Shown here: positions 20,079 to 28,735 of the stretch, piece after piece
Layout: every line of letters starts with the position of its first letter
Position numbering within the stretch: the first letter of the stretch is position 1
Assembly (NCBI GenBank): GCA_035632115.1
Contig: DASQHL010000054.1
Location: forward strand, 1 to 59,292
Reading direction: 5' to 3'
Source: Dehalococcoidia bacterium
GTDB taxonomy: Bacteria; Chloroflexota; Dehalococcoidia; DSTF01; JACRBR01
Length of the DNA stretch: 59,292 bases
Notes under the pieces: generated by a model
What the model was told of the DNA's origin: nothing
The model's input: only the letters and a program-made list of their open reading frames with translations
The model's database searches: none
Translations under genes and position numbers: made by a program

Positions 20079-20388
20079 GGGCATCGCTATCAGCGTGGTG
20101 ACGTACGGGGAGGTACGCGAGGGCGTGATATTTTCGCGCACGCCCGTGGTCGATATGGCAACCTGGGACGGGTTCGTCGCCGGTCTAGACGTGATCGATC
20201 TGACGATGTCGATCGCCGATGTGTGGGCGGAGCTGCGCGGGGCCCTGCGCTTCCAGGGGAACAAGCTTGCGGACGCGGATCTGCTGATCGCGGCGACGGC
20301 GATGCGCTTCGGGATGACGCTGGTCAGCGGCAACCTCCGCCACTTCGGCCGCATCGCCGGCCTCGATCTGCTTGTGCCTGACCGCTGA
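19978..20388 (+). CDS. vapC: PIN-domain ribonuclease toxin VapC
   Basis: MMTARFLLDSDICINAV (first acidic residue), TYGEVREG, DADLLIAATA and SGNLRHF make up the PIN catalytic quartet. Confidence 0.85.
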   Translation: MMTARFLLDSDICINAVRKRNASLRGLVQSIRSEGIAISVVTYGEVREGVIFSRTPVVDMATWDGFVAGLDVIDLTMSIADVWAELRGALRFQGNKLADADLLIAATAMRFGMTLVSGNLRHFGRIAGLDLLVPDR

Positions 20389-20619
20389 GACCCTCTGAGC
20401 TCCACGCGGGTGACTCCGTCCCGATAGTCCGGCATGCACGCGCCGCCATGAGTCCGTCGCCGAGTGGCCATGCGCTCGTGCCGGTGAGTCGTCGCACGGA
20501 TCGTGCGTTGGCTCCGGCCGATACTCGGGCCGATGATTGGCTGCCCTCAGCCGACGATAGCTTCATCTGCGTCCCGAGGCGCCGCGGACGTCCATGACGC
20601 GTATCGGTATACGGCGCGT

Positions 20620-20649
20620 TTGCCCCGCCGGGCAGCCGCGCCGTATGCT
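20620..20649 (+). promoter_or_regulatory. Candidate promoter TTGCCC-18 nt-TATGCT feeding the fluoride riboswitch
   Basis: The -10 ends about 12 nt before the first aptamer nucleotide. Confidence 0.35.
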
Positions 20650-20661
20650 GTGCCCTGAACA

Positions 20662-20710
20662 GGGCGATGGGGCTCGCCCGGGCCGCCCGCGAGGGCTGAT
20701 GGCTCCTACC
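20662..20710 (+). promoter_or_regulatory. Fluoride riboswitch aptamer (crcB RNA motif)
   Basis: GGGCGAUGGGGCUCGCCCGGGCCGCCCGCGAGGGCUGAUGGCUCCUACC aligns almost base for base with my recollection of the crystallised T. petrophila aptamer (GGGCGAUGAGGCCCGCCCAAACUGCCCUGAAAAGGGCUGAUGGCCUCUAC). It sits directly upstream of crcB. Confidence 0.9.
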
Positions 20711-20735
20711 TCAACGGGTAGGAGCTTTGTTGTGT
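20703..20735 (+). terminator. Riboswitch expression-platform terminator (CTCCTACC-tcaacg-GGTAGGAG + CTTTGTTGTGT)
   Basis: The 8-bp stem's 5' arm is the 3' strand of the aptamer (mutually exclusive folding). A U-rich run follows. Confidence 0.6.
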
Positions 20736-20739
20736 GCGC

Positions 20740-21108
20740 ATGAACGTCATCTATCTGGCCATCGGCGGCGCGCTCGGCACGCTCTCTCGCTACTACGTCA
20801 CCGGCTGGGTGGCTGGCTGGAACGGCACGAGCGGCCTCGGCGTCTTCACCGTCAATATCATCGGCTCGTTCATCATCGGCCTCTTCTTGACGCTCGCCAC
20901 CGAGCGCTTCATGTGGCCGCCGGAGCTGCGCCTCGCGGTCGCGGTAGGATTCATCGGCGGCTTCACGACGTTCTCGTCCCTTGCGTGGGAGACGCTGCAG
21001 ATGCTCCAGGTCCGAAACGTCGTCGGCGCCACGCTCAACATCACCGCCAGCGTCGTCCTTGGCATGCTCGCGGTGTACGCCGGCAGCGTGCTCGGCAAGT
21101 CGGTCTAG
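20740..21108 (+). CDS. crcB: Fluoride ion channel CrcB/Fluc
   Basis: MNVIYLAIGGALGTLSRY..., VNIIGSFIIG, GFIGGFTTFSS. Located downstream of the fluoride riboswitch. Confidence 0.95.
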   Translation: MNVIYLAIGGALGTLSRYYVTGWVAGWNGTSGLGVFTVNIIGSFIIGLFLTLATERFMWPPELRLAVAVGFIGGFTTFSSLAWETLQMLQVRNVVGATLNITASVVLGMLAVYAGSVLGKSV

Positions 21109-21109
21109 G

Positions 21110-21487
21110 ATGCCGGAGGACGGCGCTATGGAACTCATCGGGCCGGCCAAGCTGCTCAAGATCTACATCGGCGAGTCCGACAAGTGGCGTGGTAAGCCGC
21201 TGTCCTCCGAGCTCGTGCAGCGCCTCCGCGCCGAGGGGGTGGCGGGCGCCACCGTGCTCCGCGCAGTCGAGGGCTTCGGTGCCAACAGCCGCGTCCACAG
21301 CGCGCACATCCTGCGCCTCTCCGAGGACTTGCCGCTGGTCGTCGAAGTCGTCGACCGCGGCGATCGCATCGAGCGCGTGCTGCCCATCGTGGACGAGATG
21401 GTCGGCGATGGCCTGGTCATGATCGTCGATGTGGATGTCGTCCACTACCGGCACAGCACCGGTAAGGACCGCGGCGGCGCCCTCTAG
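21110..21487 (+). CDS. DUF190 domain protein (common crcB partner)
   Basis: LLKIYIGESDKWRGKPL...GATVLRAVEGFGANSRVH...LPLVVEVVD. The start is 1 nt after the crcB stop; ATG 21128 is an alternative. Confidence 0.85.
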   Translation: MPEDGAMELIGPAKLLKIYIGESDKWRGKPLSSELVQRLRAEGVAGATVLRAVEGFGANSRVHSAHILRLSEDLPLVVEVVDRGDRIERVLPIVDEMVGDGLVMIVDVDVVHYRHSTGKDRGGAL

Positions 21488-21569
21488 CGTCGCGGGCGAT
21501 CGCGCACACGCCGCTGGCCCGTAGCGCGGCGGCGAGTATCATCGAGGCAGAGCGAACGAGGAGGCAGCG

Positions 21570-21941
21570 ATGGCCGACCCTAAGCAGGTGGTGCGGGACT
21601 TCTGTGCGGCGTGGGAGGCGCGCGACCAGCAGCGCATCCTCGATGCCTTCACCAATGATGGCGTCTACCACAACGTCCCAATGCAGCCGGCCGTCGGCAA
21701 GGACGCGATCAAGGGCCTTCTCGGCATCATCCTCACCCCTGCCAGCGATGTCCGCTTCGACATCAAGCACATGGTCGCCGAGGGCAACGTCGTGCTCACC
21801 GAGCGTATCGATACCTTCATCCTGGGTGGCAAGACGGTAACGCTCCCGGTGATGGGCGTCTTCGAAGTCCGCGATGGCAAGATCGCCGCCTGGCGCGATT
21901 ATTTCGATCTCGCCACCTGGACCAGGCAGGCCAGCGGCTGA
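21570..21941 (+). CDS. SnoaL/NTF2-fold protein, limonene-1,2-epoxide-hydrolase-like
   Basis: 123 aa. FCAAWEARD...DGVYHNVPMQP...MGVFEVRDGKIAAWRDYFD is typical of the LEH family. GAGGAGG RBS. Confidence 0.75.
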   Translation: MADPKQVVRDFCAAWEARDQQRILDAFTNDGVYHNVPMQPAVGKDAIKGLLGIILTPASDVRFDIKHMVAEGNVVLTERIDTFILGGKTVTLPVMGVFEVRDGKIAAWRDYFDLATWTRQASG

Positions 21942-22046
21942 GCAAGCGGTCACGGCTCATCCGTCAGCGTTCCGCGATGTGCGATCTCCTGTCTGGCGGC
22001 GGCTGCTTGCGCATGATCGCCCACTGACCGCTGACACCCCTACACC

Positions 22047-22901
22047 CTACCGCCCCTCCAGCCACGCGTTGAACTTCGGCGCCCGCTTCTGCTGGAACGC
22101 CGACATCCCCTCCCGCGCGTCCGGGTGGTGGTCGCTCACCGCTGTCTTTGCCGCGATGTCGTCCAGCGCGTGCGCGAACGTCTGCTCGGCCGCGTTGTAG
22201 ATCGAGCGCTTGAGCAGCCGCATCGATACCTGCGGCCCCTCCGCCAGCTCTCGCGCCAGCGCCATCGCGCGCGGCAACAGCTCGTCCGGCGGCGCCACCT
22301 CGTGCACCAATCCCAGTTCCAGCGCGTCTTCCGCCGTAACGATGCGATTCCGCAGGAAGAAGTCCATCGCCTTCGCCACGCCGATGAGCTGCACCACGAG
22401 GAACTGCCCGCCCTCGTCCGGCATCAGCCCGAATCGCAGCGTCCCGCTGCCCATGCGCGCGCCGGCAGCGGCGAACCGGAAGTCGCACGAGAGCGCCAGC
22501 GAGAACCCGGTCTGGATCGCCACGCCGTTGATCGCCGCCACCGTCAGCTTGGCCAGCGCCCGCACCGTCGCGTTGAGCGGCTGCGAGAGCCAGCGCAGGC
22601 CGTCGTACGTGCCGATCGCGTTGTGGTGCCCCGCGCCGATGTCCGGCACCAGCTGCTCCGCGCCCGTGCCCGCCACCGGTCGTCCGGTGATGTCGTCGCC
22701 CGCCGAGAACGCCCGCCCGCTGCCCGTGATCACGATCACGCGCACCCCGTCGTCCATCTGCGCCTCGGTCAGCGCCTCGACCAGGTCGCGCTTCATCCCC
22801 TGCGTCATGCCGTTCAGCCGCTCCGGCTGATTCAGCGTAACCAGTGCGATGCCACGGTCGTGCATCGCCAGCTCAAACCCGCGGAACGTCCCCTCGCGCA
22901 T
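22047..22901 (-). CDS. Enoyl-CoA hydratase/isomerase (crotonase) family protein
   Basis: ALVTLNQPERLNGMT and VIVITGSGRAFSAGDDI form the crotonase oxyanion-hole region. Confidence 0.9.
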   Translation of the reverse strand: MREGTFRGFELAMHDRGIALVTLNQPERLNGMTQGMKRDLVEALTEAQMDDGVRVIVITGSGRAFSAGDDITGRPVAGTGAEQLVPDIGAGHHNAIGTYDGLRWLSQPLNATVRALAKLTVAAINGVAIQTGFSLALSCDFRFAAAGARMGSGTLRFGLMPDEGGQFLVVQLIGVAKAMDFFLRNRIVTAEDALELGLVHEVAPPDELLPRAMALARELAEGPQVSMRLLKRSIYNAAEQTFAHALDDIAAKTAVSDHHPDAREGMSAFQQKRAPKFNAWLEGR

Positions 22902-22919
22902 CGCTTCGCCCCCTCCCCC

Positions 22920-23543
22920 CTAACTTCCGGCGCTCCCGCTCGCTCCACGCGCCGGCATCGGCACCTCGCGCACCCGCTCGTCGATGTCGTCGTACTCCAG
23001 CCGCAACGCGCGGCAGATCGTTGCGTGCATGCCGTACGTCCCGATCAGGTAGGTCAGCTCGAGAATCGCCTCGTCCGTCAGGTGCTCGCGCAGGCGCGCG
23101 AACACGCCGTCCTGCACGCGCCCCCGTTCGATGATCACCTGGTCCGTGTAGGCGAGCACCGCGCGCTCAGGCTCGTCGAATGCGTCCGACACGGTCCACG
23201 CCGGCAGGTCGCGCAGTTGCTCTGCGCTCACTCCCGCTGCGCGCGCTGCCTTCGCGTGCTGCGAGAACACGAACTGGCTCTCTGCGCCGAACCCCGCGCG
23301 GATCAGCGCCAGCTCGCGGAGCCTCGGCTGCAGTCGCCGCTCCTTGCTGTTGAACAGGGCGAACCCCGCCTGGCATTGCGCCAGGATCTCCGGCACCAGC
23401 GCGAACACGGTCCACCAGTTGCCTGGCGTGCCCGTCACCGTCCCCGGTTCCGCCACCGGGTCCCGCTCGCCGAAGATCGCCCGGTACGTCGCGGCGACCT
23501 CATCGGACGCATCGTCGCGCGGCACCTGTCGCAATCGTGGCAT
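22920..23543 (-). CDS. Carboxymuconolactone decarboxylase (AhpD-like) family protein
   Basis: 207 aa, all-helical CMD-like sequence (WWTVFALVPEIL, ELALIRAGFGAESQFVFSQH). Confidence 0.7.
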   Translation of the reverse strand: MPRLRQVPRDDASDEVAATYRAIFGERDPVAEPGTVTGTPGNWWTVFALVPEILAQCQAGFALFNSKERRLQPRLRELALIRAGFGAESQFVFSQHAKAARAAGVSAEQLRDLPAWTVSDAFDEPERAVLAYTDQVIIERGRVQDGVFARLREHLTDEAILELTYLIGTYGMHATICRALRLEYDDIDERVREVPMPARGASGSAGS

Positions 23544-23720
23544 GATCTTTCTCCCCGGGCGCTCCGTCGCCCACGGCCGATACTGTAGATCGGATCGCCG
23601 CCGCGGACACGCGACGTTGACGGCAGGGGCTGTGCCGTTGGCCCGCCCTGTGGTACGATCGCCGCCATCGCGGGCACCAGGCCGTTGCCGGACCCGGGCA
23701 CCTCAGCGCGGAGGCGAATC

Positions 23721-24314
23721 GTGAGCAAGCCGGAACTGAGCCAGCGTAGCAACACCGAGTTCGAGATCCGCGGACTCAATCACCTCGCGCTCGTCTGCAG
23801 CGATATGCAGCGCACCGTCGACTTCTATTCTGGCGTCCTCGGCCTGCCCCTCATTAAGACCCTGGACCTGCCCAACGGCATTGGCCAGCACTTCTTCTTC
23901 GACCTCGGGAACGGTGACTCGCTGGCCTTCTTCTGGTTCCCGGACGCGCCCGCCGCCGCGCCCGGCGTCTCCTCCGCTGCCCACTGGCCCGGCGACGGCG
24001 AGATCGTCACCGCCCACGGCTCGATGAACCACGTGGCGTTCGATGTGCCGGCGGAGAAGTTCGACGCCTGCGTCGACCGCCTGCACGCGAAGGGCATCCG
24101 CACGTCCCGGGTCTTCAACCACGACGACAGCCCGCTGCAGGTCTCCGCGACGCTGCACCCCGGGGTCTTCGTGCGCTCGGTCTATTTCATGGACCCTGAC
24201 GGCATCCTGCTCGAGTTCGCCAGCTGGACGCGCGTCTTCGACGCGTCGGACGTGCGCCATCGCCCGGCGACCGCCGCCGATGCCGCGCGCCTGCTCGACG
24301 CCGTCACTTCCTGA
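23721..24314 (+). CDS. VOC (glyoxalase/bleomycin-resistance/extradiol dioxygenase) family protein
   Basis: IRGLNHLALVCSDMQRTVDFYSGVLGLPL and MNHVAFDV. GTG 23721 lies 6 nt after GGAGG. Confidence 0.8.
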   Translation: MSKPELSQRSNTEFEIRGLNHLALVCSDMQRTVDFYSGVLGLPLIKTLDLPNGIGQHFFFDLGNGDSLAFFWFPDAPAAAPGVSSAAHWPGDGEIVTAHGSMNHVAFDVPAEKFDACVDRLHAKGIRTSRVFNHDDSPLQVSATLHPGVFVRSVYFMDPDGILLEFASWTRVFDASDVRHRPATAADAARLLDAVTS

Positions 24315-24331
24315 ACGCCCGGCTCCCGCGA

Positions 24332-24517
24332 TCAGGTCCGGTTCGGAGCGGGTAGCGCGCTCGCCTTCGCCGCCCTGCGCGCCTTCGCCGGTGCCTGTGC
24401 CTCGTCGCACGTGCCGCACAGGCCGCACACGAAGCGCGGCGGAGCGCCACATCGCGCGCAATAGAGGTGCGTGGCGCGTCGGGACATCGATCGGATGAAC
24501 TGCTGGCGGTCGGTCAT
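24332..24517 (-). CDS. 61-aa zinc-ribbon microprotein (CxxC-N9-CxxCxxC) with a basic Ala-rich tail
   Basis: Strong AAGGAGG sits 6-7 nt before the ATG. G/C-ending codons match the genome. Cys pattern: YCARCGAPPRFVCGLCGTCDE. Confidence 0.55.
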   Translation of the reverse strand: MTDRQQFIRSMSRRATHLYCARCGAPPRFVCGLCGTCDEAQAPAKARRAAKASALPAPNRT

Positions 24518-24673
24518 GACCGGGCCTCCTTTGCATCGCTCTCAGCGTAGCGGTGCCCGGTTACCGTTGCGTTAGTGTGCGATGAACATCCTGTGAGCAT
24601 GCGGTGTACGCCGAACCATCCACGCGCACGCGGTCTTGCCTGGCCCGTCCCATCACCGGGTCCATCCCGGCCG

Positions 24674-25513
24674 CTACCCGCGCGCGACCTCCGCGCACTG
24701 GCGCAGCCGCGGCAGCACCGTCTCTGCGTCCGCAGGCGGCAGCCAGAACACCGCCCGGCTCACGCCGATCGCCTCCAGCGCTTCGATCTGTTCGCGGCGC
24801 GCCGGCGCCCCGAACACCGAGATCGGGATCGGCGCCCGCCCCGCCTCCGCCGCCAGCCGTTGCAGCTCGCCGATGCGCCGCGCCAGGCTCTCCGGGCTGC
24901 GGAATCCGCCGATCGGCATCCACTCGTCGCCGTACTCCACCACGCGCGCCAGCGTGCGCGGCCCATCGCCGCCGATCATCACCGGTGGGTGCGGCTTCCG
25001 CGCCGGCTTCGGCCACGACCAGATCGGGTCGAAATCGACGTAGCTCCCGTGGTACGCCGCTTCGTCCTCCGTCCAGATCGCCTTCATCGCCAGCACGCGC
25101 TCCCGCAGCACGCGCCAGCGCGTCGGCGCCGCCGTCCCGTGGTTCTCCATCTCTTCCACGTTCCACCCGCCTCCGATACCGAACAGGACCCGCCCGCCCG
25201 ATAGGAAGTCCACGCTCGCGACCTCCTTCGCCAGCGTGATCGGGTCCCGCTCGACAACCAGGCAGATCCCCGTGCCCAGCATCAGCGTCGTCGTCACCGC
25301 CGCCGCCGCGCCCAGCGCCACAAACGGATCCAGCGTGTGCGAATACTCCCGCGGCAGCTCGCCACCCGCCGGGTACGGCGTGCGACGGCTCACCGGGATG
25401 TGCGTGTGCTCCGGAAAGAACAGCGACTCCATCCCCAGGTCCTCCGCCGCCCGCGCCAGCTCGGTCACCGGTATCGCGTAGTCCGTCGGAAAGATCGTCA
25501 CGCCGTACTTCAT
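24674..25513 (-). CDS. LLM-class (luciferase-like) F420-dependent oxidoreductase
   Basis: ATG 25513 follows GGAGG. MKYGVTIFPTDYAI...FFPEHTHIP...GIGGGWN is typical of the Rv2161c-type LLM subfamily. Confidence 0.85.
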   Translation of the reverse strand: MKYGVTIFPTDYAIPVTELARAAEDLGMESLFFPEHTHIPVSRRTPYPAGGELPREYSHTLDPFVALGAAAAVTTTLMLGTGICLVVERDPITLAKEVASVDFLSGGRVLFGIGGGWNVEEMENHGTAAPTRWRVLRERVLAMKAIWTEDEAAYHGSYVDFDPIWSWPKPARKPHPPVMIGGDGPRTLARVVEYGDEWMPIGGFRSPESLARRIGELQRLAAEAGRAPIPISVFGAPARREQIEALEAIGVSRAVFWLPPADAETVLPRLRQCAEVARG

Positions 25514-25696
25514 GCCGCCTCCGCCTCTTCGCTGGCCCTTGTCTGTGACGCATTCAACCATGCTCCGCGTGCCGGCGCGAACCCGCCACGTGCGCGCACC
25601 GCCGCGCCGTCGTTGGTGCTACACTCGGGCGATGATCGTAGCCCGCCTCCGCCCGTCCGCATCGGGAGACGCCAACCGCCGGCGAGGTGGCGGCCG

Positions 25697-28639
25697 ATGA
25701 CCCGCTCCGGGCCGCAGATCGGGCCGCTCGGCCCGCCCCCGCCCGTGTTCCGCTTCCGCCGGCGCGGCGTGCGCGGCCCCGGCCGCCGCTGGCGCTGGCT
25801 CATCGCCATTGCCGCCACGCTCCTCGTCCTCTTCATCTTGCTCAACATCGGCGTCGGCATCTACACCAGCTGGCTCTGGTTCGAGAGCGTCGGCTATCGC
25901 TCCGTCTACGCTACCCGCCTCACGACGCGCGTCTGGCTGTTCTTCGCCGGCCTCGCCGTGTTCCTCGCTATCTTCCTCCCGAACCTCTTCCTCGCCCGCC
26001 GCCTCGCGCCCGCCACCGATGATCCCGACTTCGAGTGGAGCGACGAGGTCCGCGAGTTCGCCGAAGGCCTCTCCATGGCCACCATCGGCCGCATCACGAC
26101 CATCGCCTTCCTCGCCGCGGGCCTGCTCATCGGGCTCATCTTCGCCAGCACCGCCGCCGGGCACTGGGACGAGATCCTCCTCTTCCTCCACAGCCAGTCG
26201 TTCGGCATGAAGGATCCCCAGTTCCACCGCGATCTCGGCTTCTACGTCTTCCAGTTGCCCGTGTACCGCCTCGCCTCCGATTGGCTGCTCGGCGCGATCA
26301 TCGTCACCATCATCGGCACAGCCGCCGTCTACGTCGCCCGTGCCGCCATCTACGGATTCCGCCTCGATGCGCCACGCCCGATCGCCCGCCAGATCTTCAG
26401 CGTCGATGTCCCGCGGCCGATCAAGCTCCACCTCTCGCTGCTCGTCGTCGCCCTGCTCGTCCTCTTCGCCGGCCGCTACTACCTCGATACCTTCGAACTC
26501 GTCTACTCCACCCGCGGCGTCGACCTCGGCGCCTTCTACACCGACGTCCATGCCGCCCTCCCGCTGCTCTACGCCCTGATGGCCGTCGCCGGCCTCGTCG
26601 CGCTCGTCGTCGTCGTCAGCGTCTTCCGTCGTGGCGTCGCGCTCCCCGTCGGCGGCGTCATCCTCTGGATCGTCGTCGCCATCGTCGGCCAGTTCTATCC
26701 GGCGATCGTCCAGAACTTCGTCGTCCAGCCGAACGAGATCTCCAAGGAGCAGCAGTACCTCGCCCGTAACATCGACATGACCCGCTACGCCTACGGCCTC
26801 GATCAGATCGACGAGCGCGCCTTCCCCGCCACCGCACAGGCCACCGCCGCCGAGGTCGCCGCAAACCAGGACACCATCAACAACGTCCGCCTCTGGGACC
26901 CCGCGCCCCTGCAGGCCGCCCTCCAGCAGATCCAGACCATCCGCCCCCTCTTCCAGTTCCTCGATGTCGATGTCGACCGCTACACCCTCTCGGGCAAAGA
27001 ACAGCAGGTGATGCTCAGCGCCCGCGAGCTCAACCCCGCTCGCCTGCCTGCCAACGCCCAGACCTGGGTCAACAGCCGCCTCCAGTTCACCCACGGCTAC
27101 GGCTACACCGTCGCCGCCGTCAACGAGATCCAGTCCGACGGCACGCCCAAGCTGCTCGTCAGTGATATCCCCCTCCACGGCGTCATCACCACCGACCATC
27201 CGGAGATCTACTTCGGCGAGCAGGCTGATCACTACATCATCGTCGATGGCACCGAGCCCGAGTTCACGCCCGCCGCCGGAGGCGCAAACGTCCAGACGAA
27301 GTTTCAGGGCAAGGGCGGCGTCTCCGTTGGCAGCTTCTTCCGCCGCGCCCTCTACGCCTGGAAGTTCAAGGACCGCAACATCCTGCTGTCAGGCGCCATC
27401 ACCGGCAACAGCCGCATCATCTACGATCGCAACATCCAGCAGCGCATCCACGATGTTGCCCCCTTCCTCCAGCTCGACGCCGATCCCTACATGGTCGTCG
27501 ATCAGGGCAACGTCTACTGGATGCAGGACGCCTACACCACCACCGATACCATCCCCTACTCGCACCGCACGGGCGGCGTCAACTACATCCGCAACAGCGT
27601 CAAGGTTGTCGTCAACGCGTACTCCGGCGAGACCACCTTCTACGCCATCCAACCCGATGAGCCCATCCTCAAGGCCTACAGCGCGGTCTTCCCCACCCTC
27701 TTCAAGCCCATCGACCAGATGCCTGCGGGCTTGCGCCAGCACATTCGCTACCCGGAGGATCTCTTCCGCCTCCAGACGCAGGTCTACCTCCGCTACCACA
27801 TCCGCGATGCCCGCGCCTTCTACCAGCAGGAAGACCAGTGGGACATTCCCACCGAGATCTTCAACAACACCGACCAGCAGATCCGTCCCTACTACGTCAT
27901 CGCGCGGCTTCCCGGCGAGCAGAAGGAGGAGTTCATGCTCATCCTCCCCTTCGTCCCCCGCAGCCGCACCAACGCCATCGCCTGGCTCGCCGCACGCTCC
28001 GATGGCGCCAACTACGGTAAGCTCGTCGCCTTCCGCTTCCCCTCGTCCGAAAGCGTCCCCGGCCCCACCCAGGTCGAGCGCCGCATCGACTCCGATGGCC
28101 GCGTCTCCCAGCAGCTCACCCTCTGGAACCAGTCAGGCTCCACCGTCATCCGCGGCAACCTGCTGATGATCCCCATCGGTAACGCCAACATGTTTTTCGA
28201 GCCGCTCTACTTGGCCGCCACCGGCGGTGGCAACACCATCCCCCAGCTCAAGCGCGTCGTCGTCGTCAACGGCGATAACATCGCCATGGAGCCGACCCTC
28301 TCCCGCGCCATCGATGTCCTCTTCGGCCGCGCCCAGCCCTCCGGCCTCGATGTCTCCGGCGCCGCGCCCGCCGCACCCACCGGCACGCCCGCTGCGGGCG
28401 GCACCGCCACCTCGTTGGCGACGTCCGCCCCCGCGCCGACGCCCGCGGCGCCCGCGCTCACGCCTGTCGCCGGTGATACCGCCGCCTCGCTTGCCGCGCA
28501 GGCTCAGGCGTCCTACGACCGCGCGCAGACCCTGCTCCGCAACGGCGACTTCGCCGGCTACGGCCAGGAGATCGCCCGCCTCAAGCAGATCCTCGATAGG
28601 CTCCAGCAACTCGTCGGCACGCCCGTGCCCACGCCCTGA
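25697..28639 (+). CDS. UPF0182 family large integral membrane protein
   Basis: ATG 25697. N-terminal multi-TM region with WLWFESVGY, a large extracytoplasmic region, and an Ala/Pro-rich low-complexity segment near the C-terminus. Confidence 0.85.
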   Translation: MTRSGPQIGPLGPPPPVFRFRRRGVRGPGRRWRWLIAIAATLLVLFILLNIGVGIYTSWLWFESVGYRSVYATRLTTRVWLFFAGLAVFLAIFLPNLFLARRLAPATDDPDFEWSDEVREFAEGLSMATIGRITTIAFLAAGLLIGLIFASTAAGHWDEILLFLHSQSFGMKDPQFHRDLGFYVFQLPVYRLASDWLLGAIIVTIIGTAAVYVARAAIYGFRLDAPRPIARQIFSVDVPRPIKLHLSLLVVALLVLFAGRYYLDTFELVYSTRGVDLGAFYTDVHAALPLLYALMAVAGLVALVVVVSVFRRGVALPVGGVILWIVVAIVGQFYPAIVQNFVVQPNEISKEQQYLARNIDMTRYAYGLDQIDERAFPATAQATAAEVAANQDTINNVRLWDPAPLQAALQQIQTIRPLFQFLDVDVDRYTLSGKEQQVMLSARELNPARLPANAQTWVNSRLQFTHGYGYTVAAVNEIQSDGTPKLLVSDIPLHGVITTDHPEIYFGEQADHYIIVDGTEPEFTPAAGGANVQTKFQGKGGVSVGSFFRRALYAWKFKDRNILLSGAITGNSRIIYDRNIQQRIHDVAPFLQLDADPYMVVDQGNVYWMQDAYTTTDTIPYSHRTGGVNYIRNSVKVVVNAYSGETTFYAIQPDEPILKAYSAVFPTLFKPIDQMPAGLRQHIRYPEDLFRLQTQVYLRYHIRDARAFYQQEDQWDIPTEIFNNTDQQIRPYYVIARLPGEQKEEFMLILPFVPRSRTNAIAWLAARSDGANYGKLVAFRFPSSESVPGPTQVERRIDSDGRVSQQLTLWNQSGSTVIRGNLLMIPIGNANMFFEPLYLAATGGGNTIPQLKRVVVVNGDNIAMEPTLSRAIDVLFGRAQPSGLDVSGAAPAAPTGTPAAGGTATSLATSAPAPTPAAPALTPVAGDTAASLAAQAQASYDRAQTLLRNGDFAGYGQEIARLKQILDRLQQLVGTPVPTP

Positions 28640-28735
28640 GCTTCCGCCCCAGGGCGCTGCCTGCCGCGATGTGACGCGCGTGCCATGTGGTGCGACCTGC
28701 GGTGCCGTCCGCCGCGCCGGAGCGCGACCACGCCC

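Noticed and set aside
25337-25696. N-terminal 120-codon extension of the UPF0182 ORF. Similar upstream extensions occur on ORFs 5356, 9761, 11569, 17757, 39868, 41661, 46919, 50226 and 50540.
   Set aside because: The extensions overlap neighbouring genes or repeats, are Arg/Pro-rich, and lack RBSs. Internal starts with SD sequences, or with coupling overlaps to the upstream stop, fit the conserved protein N-termini.
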